Shown piece after piece: positions 30,001 through 42,000 of a stretch of 64,000 nucleotides of DNA (positions are counted from its first letter, which is position 1; each line of letters opens with the position of its first letter). Position numbers and translations under genes: made by a program. The notes under the pieces were generated by a model. The model saw nothing but the letters and a program-made list of their open reading frames with translations. It did no database searches and was not told the DNA's origin. Source of the stretch: Amoebophrya sp. A120 (Eukaryota > Protista > Dinoflagellata); contig CAJINV010000018.1 of the NCBI GenBank assembly GCA_905178155.1, positions 378,479 to 442,478 of the forward strand, in the 5' to 3' direction.

Positions 30001-33000
30001 CAGCTACAGGCGACTGCTTTTGCTGCCCACCTGCAGCAGATGAAACAGGAGCACTCCGCTGCGCGAGCGGGACGCTGAGTAACCGCCAGAAGTCGTTTTT
30101 CACACCAGGAAGTAAACCACTACCGCCGGGCTTTGCTTGTTCGGCTGAAGCTGCTGCGCCGGCTCCTTGCGGCAGCGCTGCCGGCTGGCCAGCTCCTGCC
30201 AACCGCGCTTCTTCCTCTGCGATCAATGGTTTCATCTGCCGCTCTAGGTAATATGCATTGCAAATATGTCTGGGTCTGGAAGATTCTGAGACTTGGTTGG
30301 TTGGTTGGTTGGGTAGCGCCTGTCGCCGGTGCAGGTCCCGCCCTCCATCGATTGCGATCCGGAGTAGCCGGAACACAAGGCCCTAGTGGCGCAATCGATC
30401 GACGAAGCCCTATGCACGTTTTGCATGAGCCATGATGCACGTTTTGCATGAGCCATGATGTCTGTGATGCATGCCCTAGCATCACAGATGTTTTGAGGGC
30501 ATCTTGATGCCTATGTATTCCGCATGGCAAATGCCCTCTCCGCGTAGCAAAAATCGCATTCCCTTTGCTGCTCATACAATACAGATTTTTTTGGAATCCA
30601 AATGCAGCATCACAAGTTGCATTCTTCCAGAGCCAGACATTTTTGCATTTGATAAATAAAGCGGGTCGACCAACTGAACTGTGCTGTAAGCCTTGTCAAA
30701 CAAACCACCGAAGGAATTCACGCAGGCTGGCGCCGCTTTGGACCCGTTTTCGATCGGGCGGCTGGTGATGTATGCAGTGGAAACAAATATGTCTGGGTCT
30801 GGAAGAGTCACGCTGTTTTTGCATGACACAGAAGGTCTGGCATGGAGGATCTAGCATCACAGGTCTCGAGAAGCTTCCGCAATGCCGAATTCGCATGACA
30901 AATCCCCCATTTTGCTGGTAGAAAGTGGGCAGCTTTTGCTATCAATCTATGCATGAGAGATTTTTCTGTGTTCTGAAATGCGCATCACAAGTTTGTGTTC
31001 TTCCAGACCCAGACATTTTTGCACTCCATATAATGTGCTTTGCGATCAGCGGCTCCTGCTCCATGATATGAATTGCAAAAGCATCTTCGCACTAGTGGTA
31101 ATTGCATTACAAATTACCTCAGTATGAAAAACGGAACTTGTGATGCTGTTTTATCTTGGGATGGAGATTTGTGATGCACAATTGCAATTACTACGAGTGC
31201 CATACGTTTGCAATGCATACATGATCGCCCTCGCGAACTGTTGCAGCACCTCCTTCACATCGGTCAAATACGCGATGGGGGCGTAGTTCGTCGTCTCCTC
31301 AGTGACGGTCGAAACCGCAGCGTCACCTCCAGTGCCCCCAGGTTGTAGTTGCTCCCCAGAAGCTCCACCTCCTGCTGTTGCGCCACTGCCACCCGGACTA
31401 GAACCGGACAGTAGCGACGCGGCGCTTCGGGTCTGCTCCACGGATTGCTTTTGCGGAAAGAACTTGTGCCAGGTTTTGTCCTTGTCCAAAACTTTCTGCC
31501 AGCAGGGCAACTCTCCTATGAACGCCTCAGGTTGGAAATCCTCAGAGTGGAAATAGTTTGTGATGCAGAAAAGCATTCCAGTTGAAGCGCCACTTCTAGG
31601 CGGCGCATGACAAATTTCCCGGGCAGCACGCAAAGCATGCCTGTCATGCTCGTCAACGCAAAGGGGTGCCCAATCCTCGTGCTAATCAGCACTCCTATTC
31701 TCAAACCCGTAGCAGGACAGTTGTCGGCTTCCATTGCGGCCTCTGCAATACAGTCTTTTTTGCGTCGCATTTCATGCATCACAAATTATTTCCACGTTGA
31801 GGATTTCCATTCTGAGGCGTTCATATCTCCCTCCACAGCGTCGGCCGCGGCGGCCCCCAGTTTTACTTCGTGCATACCGAAAAATAACAGCCGGAGGTTA
31901 TTGAGATGAAAAATCCCCCCTCCCCATACTGGAAAGGTATGTTTCTAAAAATTTGCGCTGCTGATTTGTGGCCACAGATCCTGTCTCTCTTGCAAGAAGA
32001 CAACTCCACAGGCACAGGCTCTGCCGCATTATGCAAGCGGTTTGTGATGCTGTTGCGCCTACAGCGTAGACGTTTCTCATGCTAAGTGCCTAGGCCAAAA
32101 CCTCTCCACTCAGGCTTGGCAGGAGCCTGCAGTCCTCTACTGCAAGACAAACCTGATTTGTATACGCAAATCCAGCATCAGAAACTTCCGTTTGATATGG
32201 GGAGGGGGGATTTTTCCTTTTGATAGAGGTAGTTGTTCAGAGAAGCAGCGGTTTCGATCGCTTTGCTGCCCATCGGATTGTTATGCCCAGAAGTCCCCCT
32301 CGGATTCCTATTCGGTTCCTTCGCGCAGGCCTGGCCGATTTGCTCCAGTTTCACTTTGGATGCGATGACGTATTGGTGGAACCATTTCAGAAGAAACTCG
32401 TCCGTGATCAATTTCGTCAAGTCTTCATTTCTCGTATTTTCGAAAGATCCCCGTCGCTCGTCCAGCACATACCGGATGAAATGCGATCCGATGGTACTGT
32501 CTTCGAAGCTTGCGCGGAAGCTGTTTCGCCGCACTTCGTCCATCCAACTGAAGCCGAAGATGCTCGCAACCAAGACATATCAAATGCAAAAATGTCTGGG
32601 TCTGGAAGGTTGCAACTTGTCATGCTGGATTTGGATTCCACAATAAATCTGTACTGCATGAACAGCAAAAGAGGCCCAGTTTCTACTGCCGCGGTGAGAG
32701 GGCATTTCTCATGCAGTATAGGCATCAGGAAGCCCTCGCAAAATCTGTGATGCTGGAGCATGCATCACAGACATCAGGAGTCATGCAAAATGTGCATGAC
32801 AAACCTTGCACTATTCCAGACCCAGACATTTTTGCATTTGGTAAGACCTTCGCAGCGGAGCTCTGCTCGATTTGCTTCGCCGCGTCGCTCTGAAAGTCGG
32901 ACAAAAGCTCCTCGTAGGCTACGTGGCTCTGGATCCTCTCGTGCACGGAGACGGACTGGTCCTCACAGACAAACAGCCCATCGATGTGATCATTCCTGTA

Positions 33001-36000
33001 TTGGGGTGAATCCGGCCTCAAGGTCGTGCGTATCCTGAGTAAGAGCGTCCCCATACCAGAGTCAAGATGGAAAATCTGCTAGACAAATCAGGCAACTTTG
33101 GTTGGTTCGCATGACAAGTTTGTCCTCGTAGTGTAATCCTATTTAGGTAGTTCAGCAGCATCACAGATCTAGCATATCATGCAATTTAAATTTATAGCAT
33201 CACAAATTCCAAAACACCACTAGAAAATGCTTCTCATGTGGCTTCGCATGAGAGACTTTTTTGGCATGCAGATTTGCATGACAACGCTGGGGTGGGGATG
33301 TTTTTACTCAGAATAGTGCTTCCTGGTTGATCATCTCCCGCATACGGGTTCTGCAGGGGCTTGCACCGTATCCTGTGCAAAAGTATCGTATTCGGATAAA
33401 TGCAAGCCTTGCATTACAAATATTTTTCTTAAGGTAAATCAGCATGACAAATTTCATTTCTCATGCTGAGGAAATTTGTAATGCATTTATACGAGTACGA
33501 TGCTTTTGCAGTTCATACACCGGCCGTTGGTCGCGACATCGAGAATGTTGGTGAAGGTCCGCTGCACATTAACTACGCCGTCTTGCAGGTAAAGCGACCC
33601 TCTGGTCGGGCAAACCGCCAAAGCGGAGGCGTATCACATAGAAAAAAGCCGGCGGGGCATATTTGTAATGCAAAAATAAATACACAAAAAAATCTGTATT
33701 GCATATCCGAAACAGCATGCTATGAGGCCGCCCATGACAGATTTGTCTGTGTATCTATTTTTGCATTACAAATATGCCCTGCCAGCTTTTTTCTGTGGGA
33801 TAAGGCGATGGCGATACCGGGACTGGCTTCGGGGCGGCGTTTCGGGCCGCCAGTTGTGGTATCAAATGTAAAAATGTCTGGGTCTGGAAGGCGGCAGCTT
33901 GTCATGGTAAATCTGAAGCATGCAAAAATCTGTGTTGCATGAGTGCCAAAAGCTGTCCACTTTTGACCAAGCTGGAAGGGAGTTTCTCATGCAGGTGAGG
34001 CATGGCAGAGACCTCGCAGAGCCTGTCATGCTAAGTCCCGCATTCCAGACCTCATGGGTCATGGAAAATCTGCAAGTTTGAACTTTTCCAGACCCAGACA
34101 TTTTTACAATCCATATGTGGTTTCCTGGAGCATCTCATCGAACAACCGGTCGGCACGCTGCACAAAGGTTTCATCCGAGTTCGTTAGATTCGGTTTGTAA
34201 TAGGAATACCACATCCGCGAAAGCAAATACCGGTCCGAGATTCGACGCATTGGAATCACGAGCGACGGGTTTGTCGCATAAAGAGCTGCGGACTTGCTCC
34301 TCGATCCAAGCAGGACCAAAGTCTCCGGGTCGGTCACTGGATTTTTGTTCACCATTTCCGCATTGACGAGTAGCCTCGCCGCAGTCGTGTCGCGCGTCGC
34401 GAGCAACCGGAAGTGCCAGTCGCGGAGCATTTCCTCTAGCTGCTCGAAAGAGTCCTCCGTAGACATGGGTGGTGGCGGAAAGCGTTTTCCGATGATCTGT
34501 CTTTTCGGAATTTCATGCTCGTTTTCCCTTTTCTCCCTCGCTTGCTGCAGGACTATTTTCGCCTGTACTTCCTTTCTGTTGATCCTTTGCAAGTTCTCGT
34601 TTTCCTTCGTGACAAAGTTCAAAATATCGAAAGGAAAAATCCCCCCTCCCCATATCGAAAACGAAACTTGTGATGCTGTATTTGAGGTCACAAATCAGAT
34701 TTGTCTTGCTGGCGAGGACTGCAGGCCCATATCCGGCCTGAGTAGACAAGTTTTGGCCTGGGCGCTTAGCATGGCAGACGTCTACACTGTAGGAGCAACA
34801 GCATGACAAACCGCCTGTAGAATGTGGCGGAGCCTGTAGACTTGCCTTCATGCAATACAGCGACGATTTGTGGTCTCAAATCTGCATCACAAATTTTCAG
34901 AAGTGTTCCGGTTTGGTATGGGGAGGGGGGATTTTTCCTCACAATACAAAAGCTCATCCAGATAGTCGATCAACTTGAAAATCTTCTGCAGAGTGCCACT
35001 AGGCGTTCCGTCAGCCGCAAACTCGTGACTTACTACCCGGTCCATAAACTGGTAGTGCGGGGCTGTTTGCGACACCAGGTCGAAATGCCTTTTCAGAAAC
35101 CCGGTCGGACCAAGCGCAGCCTTCATTTCAGCGAGGATATTGAGGTAAACGTTTTCCAGCTCCGGGTAGTGTGCTTCCAGCACTCCTGCGCCGTGCTCTC
35201 CAGCAGCAGCACTAGTGTCAACATCTCTTTGATCGCAAGAAAAAAGTGTTACAGTTACACATTGTGTTGCAGGAGCCGCAAGACAGACAACCTTTGTCAT
35301 GCAGGAAATGCTTGCGAGGTTCGTTTTCTACATATTTTCCCTTATGATCTTTGCATTACAAGTTTTCTCTGCCACACAGAGAAAATCTGTGATGCAGAAA
35401 CTCCAACAAATGTGTAACTGTAACACTTTTTTCTTGTGATATCTTTGATCGAATGGCAACCTCGTGAATGGGTTTAGAATCTCTACCGCATCGTCTTTGC
35501 TGAACTGATATCAAATGTGAAAATGTCTGGGTCTGGAAGAATGCGTGATTTGTCATGCAGCTTTTCCATGACCCATGAAGCCTGGAATGCAGGACCTAGC
35601 ATGACAGATTCTGCGCAATCTCTCTCATGCCTTTCCTGCATGAGAAACTCCCTCCCGACTTGGTCAAAACTGGACGACTTTTGGTAATCATGCAACACAG
35701 ATTTTTGCATGCTTCAGATATAGCATGACAAGTTGCATTCTTCCAGACCCAGACACTTTTACATTTGATAACTGAAAAACTCCCTGGCTCCTCGCCAAAG
35801 CCGTCAGCTCCGGGTTGGTTTGGAACTCCATCTCCGCTCGATTTTTCACCCGGACCGCCGTCTTCAACATCAGGTGCTCTGCGCCCTTGTAGATCTGTTT
35901 ATCAAGCTGGTTTGAGCTAATAGGCATTGCGTCCTGCAGTCCGCGAGTGCCAATCCAGGGGGAAGCGGGGCCTCCTGTTTCGCCACCAGCACTTGATGCT

Positions 36001-39000
36001 TTCTCTTCGGCGGCCGCAGCATCCTGCAACCTCCGCGGCACCATCCCCAGCGGGTTTGGCTTCGCAATGTCAAGTATCAAATGTAAAAATGTCTGGGTCT
36101 GGAAGATTGCAACTTGTCATGCTAAATCTGCAGCATGCAAAAATCTGTGTTGCATGATTACCAAAAGTCGTCCAGTTTTGACTAAGTCGGGAGGTAGTTT
36201 CTCATGCAGGATAGGCATTAGAAAGGTCTCGCAGAATCTGTCATGCGAGGTCCTGCATTCCAGACCTCATGGGTCATGGAAAAGCAGCATCACAAATCGC
36301 GCACTCTTCCAGACCCAGACATTTTTACATTTGATATCAAGAGCATCCTCTGTAGCCGCGTAGCCCGCCGGATCGTTTTTGTACAAGAGGATCTTAAAGG
36401 TCTGCAAGTCCGTGCCCCGCCGTTCCTCCGCCCTGTTGTTCCACAAAAGCTCTCGAACCAGATTCTCCGGCTGCACCAGAATCTCTGCGGCAGGTTTGTC
36501 CGCGGACGTTTTGGCCGTCGGCGACTGGACCAGGACGTGGAAGAGCGACTTGTGGAACTCAGGAGACTGGAGAAGTTCTTGTTGCTCTCTAGTACTTCTA
36601 GAAGCAGGTTGCTGTCCTCTCGCTGGCGATGTTGCAACCAATTTCTCCGGATGCAGAATTTCTTTCACCAGTTTCTCGTACTTTTCATTCTGGTATTCGT
36701 TTTGATCTTGACGAAAAACCATCCTGTGCAAAACTATCGTACTCGTATTGCAATCATGCATAATACAAATCTTTTGATTACGGTAAATCCGCATTACAAA
36801 TTTTATTTCATCTCATGCTGCGGAAGTTTGTAATGCATGTATACGAGTACGATACTTTTGCAGTTCATAAAAACCCCAACTAAACCGTATAACCCGCTCA
36901 GGTGTTACAATCTCAAACGTTACAATAGAATTTGGAAACCTGTGATGCAAGAGCGCATGATCTAGCCAACTCTCATAGGATTGCGCATGACAAGTTCTAG
37001 AGTCCTAATCCGCACTACAATCTGGCGAAATTTGTATTGCAGAAAGTGGAATGCTGTCTGAGTCTGTCATACTCATCATGCAACACAAATGCCAGATTCT
37101 ATTGTAACGTTTGAGATTGTAACATCTGAGCAGGTTATAAACCGCAGAACGACGGCTTGGTAGTAGCTGTACCTCGTGGGGAAGTGGTTGTAGTAGCAGG
37201 GGCATCAAATGTAAAAATGTCTGGGTCTGGAAGAATGCAAGATTTGTGATGCAGGTTTTCCATGACCCACGAGGTCTGGAATGCGAGACCCAGCATGACA
37301 GATTCTTTGAGGTCTCTATCATGNNNNNNNNNNNNNNNNNNNNNNNNNNNNNNNNNNNNNNNNNNNNNNNNNNNNNNNNNNNNNNNNNNNNNNNNNNNNN
37401 NNNNNNNNNNNNNNNNNNNNNNNNNNNNNNNNNNNNNNNNNNNNNNNNNNNNNNNNNNNNNNNNNNNNNNNNNNNNNNNNNNNNNNNNNNNNNNNNNNNN
37501 NNNNNNNNNNNNNNNNNNNNNNNNNNNNNNNNNNNNNNNNNNNNNNNNNNNNNNNNNNNNNNNNNNNNNNNNNNNNNNNNNNNNNNNNNNNNNNNNNNNN
37601 NNNNNNNNNNNNNNNNNNNNNNNNNNNNNNNNNNNNNNNNNNNNNNNNNNNNNNNNNNNNNNNNNNNNNNNNNNNNNNNNNNNNNNNNNNNNNNNNNNNN
37701 NNNNNNNNNNNNNNNNNNNNNNNNNNNNNNNNNNNNNNNNNNNNNNNNNNNNNNNNNNNNNNNNNNNNNNNNNNNNNNNNNNNNNNNNNNNNNNNNNNNN
37801 NNNNNNNNNNNNNNNNNNNNNNNNNNNNNNNNNNNNNNNNNNNNNNNNNNNNNNNNNNNNNNNNNNNNNNNNNNNNNNNNNNNNNNNNNNNNNNNNNNNN
37901 NNNNNNNNNNNNNNNNNNNNNNNNNNNNNNNNNNNNNNNNNNNNNNNNNNNNNNNNNNNNNNNNNNNNNNNNNNNNNNNNNNNNNNNNNNNNNNNNNNNN
38001 NNNNNNNNNNNNNNNNNNNNNNNNNNNNNNNNNNNNNNNNNNNNNNNNNNNNNNNNNNNNNNNNATTTGTGATGCTGTGAACAGGATGAGCAGATGAATC
38101 TGTGATGCGGCTGCACTTGCTAACCTGCACTACACTGCAGAGTGCAACTTGTCATGCGTGACTCACAAAATCTCCTAGGTTTGTGTTGCAAAATCCCCAT
38201 CCTGACTCTGGTGTGGGTACGTTTTTACTCAGGATACAGCAACGTGTTTCTTCAAAGTTTTCGGTAAGTAATCCTTCCGACGGAGAATTTGGATCGGGAA
38301 CAGTGGCATCTCCGGAATCGCGTTGTCATAGGAAGTGAACCGGAGGAATTTTTCCAAAACCTGTCTGTTCGTGATGACTTGGAGCTTTTTCGGTTGTTCC
38401 CTGTGTTCCACCTTCTCCCACTGCGGCCCCGTCGGAGCAGAGGTAGAACCTCCGACCGACAAAGAGCCTGCAATTCCTCTTTCCCGCAGCTGTGACACGG
38501 ACTTGTTGCTTTCTTTCAGAAAACTATTACTCGGCTCGAGCAAGCAGCCCATGTTATGGATTGCAAATATGTCTGGGTGTGGAAGGTGGCAACTTGTCAT
38601 GGTAAATCTGAAGCATGCAAACATCTGTGTTGCATGAGTGCCAAAAGCTGTCCACGACTTTTGACCAAGTTGGGAGGTGGGAGTTTCTCATGCAAGATAG
38701 GCATGGCAGAGACATTATCGCAGAGTCTGTCATGCTAGGTCCCGCATTCCAGACCTCAGGGGTTATGGAAAATAAGCATGACAAGTTTACACTCTTTCAG
38801 ACCCAGACATTTTTGCACTTGATACATGTTGATCGTGTGCAAAATGTGGATCGTGTCGCCCTCTTTCAAACCTGCCTTTTTCGCCCAGCCATCGAAGTCG
38901 GACACTTTTGTGGTTTGTTGCTCTTTCAACTTCTTGATCAGAATCCGCCCGTGGTGCTGCGAGAAAAAGTCCTCCAACTCGGGCTTCTGACCCGCGATGT

Positions 39001-42000
39001 TCGCGATCTTTGGGCTGATACTGATATCGCCGTAGAGCTTCTGCAAATTCTCCTTGGTCGGCTCTTGAATTCCGTGAATTTGCTGGTCTAGGGAAAAGCT
39101 CGTGCCGAAATCGGATACAAACTCAAAGTATCAAGTGCAAAAATGTCTGGGTCTGGTGGAAGAGTGCCAGACTTGTCACACAGGTTTTCCATGACCCATG
39201 AGGTCTGGTATGTAGGACATAGCATGACAGATTCTGTGAGAGTTCTTTCAGGCCTATCCTGCATGAGAAACTGCCTCTCGATTAGGTCAAAAGTGGACAG
39301 CTTTTGGTAGTCATGCAACACAGATCTTTACATGATTCAGATTTAACATGACAAGTTGCTATTCTTCCAAACCCAGACATTTTTGCATTTGATACGAAGT
39401 CCTCAATTCCGAGGCCAGACAGAAGCTCCGGACCGCTGATAGAAGTACTTCCCGGGTTGGTATGAAATGCAAATATGTCTGGGTCTGGAACAATGCAAGA
39501 CTTGTCATGCAGATTTTTCATGACCCATGATGCCTGTAATGCATCACCTAGCATCACAGATTTTTAGAGGACTTCCTAATGCCTAGTCCGCATCAGAAAT
39601 GCCCTCTCCATGTAGCACAAACTGGACCACTCTTGCTGATCATGCAACACAGATTTTCTTTGAATGCAGAGACAGCATTACAAGTTGCAACCTTCCAGAC
39701 CTGGACACATTAGCAATGCATAGTTGGTCATCTGTCTTGTGAAATCATAGGTCAACACGTCGAACTGTTTCTTGAATTCCTCTATCGCAAGAAAAAAGTG
39801 TTACAGTCACACATTGTGTTGCAGGCCAAGCAAGACAGACCAGCTCTGTAATGCCGGATACGCATAGAGGCCTCGTTTCATAGGTGTTTTCCCGTAGGAT
39901 TTCTGCATTACAAGTTTTCTCTCTCATGCTGAGAAATTTGTGTTGCTGAATTGACTACAAATGTGTAACTGTAACACTTTTTTCCTGGGATATCCTCGTC
40001 GTAATTCTTACTGTTCTTCATCAAATCTGTCAAAAGACACCGGTTCCCGAACCGGTTTATTTCGGAATTTATCAAATGTAAAAATGTCTGGGTCTGGAAG
40101 ATTGCATGGTGGTCATGCTTGTCTGGCATGACTCTTAAATCTGTCATGCACGTTGCCCAAGAGCAGCGTTTTTCTGTCATGCGGAGACGCAATTTGTCAT
40201 GCAGAATAGGCAACACCCACAAGCTCAGAAATTTGTCATGCTGAGCCAGCACTTGAGGCCTCCTCATGCTACGCCACTCAGCATCACAAGTTTCCAGACC
40301 CAGACACTTTTACATTTGATAGAATTTTTATCCTTGTATTCCTCCAACCCAATCTCGAACTTCTCGAGCTTCTTGTATGGAAGTGTCAGAATCGAAATTG
40401 ACAAAATCGAAAAATTTGTGATGCAGAAAATCGATACCAGTTGGCTCCTCAGTTTGTAAGTGGCGCATGACAAATTTCGGGAGCACTCAAATCCAGTCTG
40501 TCAAGCTGTTTGGGCAAAGAAGACTGCTCCTGTCATGCTACTGTGGCAGCACATTGCATACCCCTAAATAGGCTCACAATCGGTCTCGTTTGCCTGCTCC
40601 CCAATACAGGCCTCCAGTGCCCTACATTTTACGCATCACAAATTTTTCGACTTTGTCGATTTCGATCCTGACAGTTCCATATCTTGTTGACTTCAACTTC
40701 GTTGTTCTTATTCTCCAACAAAAGGCTTTCGCGCGCGCTTTTGCTCATGAGGGCCAAGGGGAGCTTCTTGTAATTCGTACTGTGGTTCCAAATGGAGGAA
40801 TAGGAAATTTGCTCCCCGGGAACGCCAGCTTTGCCGGGGCCGGTCTGCTTCAGCGTTACGGTCTATGAGGGTGCACAACTCCCCCTCCCCCTCAGTTGTA
40901 TGGCGTGAACAGCAATACAAACACCAATACAGGTGGATGCTGTGCATGACAAGTTCATGCACTCAGTATAGTATTGTTTGGGCTTCCTAAATTTGTAATG
41001 CAAACAGTGCCAGCACAAGGCAGCAAATGGGTTTGAGAATTTGCATGACAAATGAGCAGCCAGGGGGAGGGGCGTTGTGCAGTGTCATACGGTCTGTTTG
41101 CTAGTCCAGACCGCACTGTCCGGGTGGCGCCACCCGAGCTCGGCTATAACCTGCTCAGGTGTTACAATCCCAAGCGTTACAATAGAGTCTGGAATTTGTG
41201 TTGCAAGAAGTGCATTATCTAGCCAACTCTCATAGGATTGCGCATGACAATCTGCGGAGTCCCAATCCGCACTACAATCTGGCGAAATTTGTATTGCAGA
41301 AAACGGAATGCTGTCCGAGTCTGTCATGCTCATCATGCAATACAAAACCCAGATTCGATTGTAACACTTGAGATTGGAACGTTAGACGAGGTCATATCGG
41401 CGAGAACCAGTTTCTCTTGCCAGGCGTCAGTCTTTTGCGGCTTTTCCGCGTCGTTGCGCTGCTCTTCGGTAAGATACTATCAACTGCAAAAATGTCTGGG
41501 GCTGGAAGAGTCGGGGCTTGTCATGCACATTTTGCATGATTGATCTTCCGTGAGGTCTGTGATGCTGGTTCTAGCATCACTGATTTTTTGAAATAAGCTT
41601 CTTGATGCTGATTACGCATGAGAAATGCCCTGCTCTCTGCGTGCCATGAGCTGACTCCTCTTGCTGCTCGTCATGCAACACAGACATTTTTGGAATCCGC
41701 AAACAGCATTACAAGTTCCACTCTTCCAGACCCAGACATTTTTGCAATGCATACATACCCCCGCAACGCGATCTTCGTCGCCGTGGCCAGCTCCCACTGC
41801 CTATCCCACAGAAAAAAGCGGGCAGGGCATATTTGTAATGCAAAAACAAATACACAGAAAGATCTGTCATGGGTGGCCTCATAGCATGCTATTTAGGATA
41901 TGCAATACAAGTTTTTTTGTCTATTTATTTTTGCATTACAAATATGACCTGCCAGCTTTTTTCTGTGTGATACTGCCCCGGATAGCCTTTCGACTGTGCT

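Noticed and set aside
37135-38130. Long ORFs spanning 37.1-38.1 kb (and likewise 57.2-58.2 kb)
   Set aside because: Artefacts of N runs
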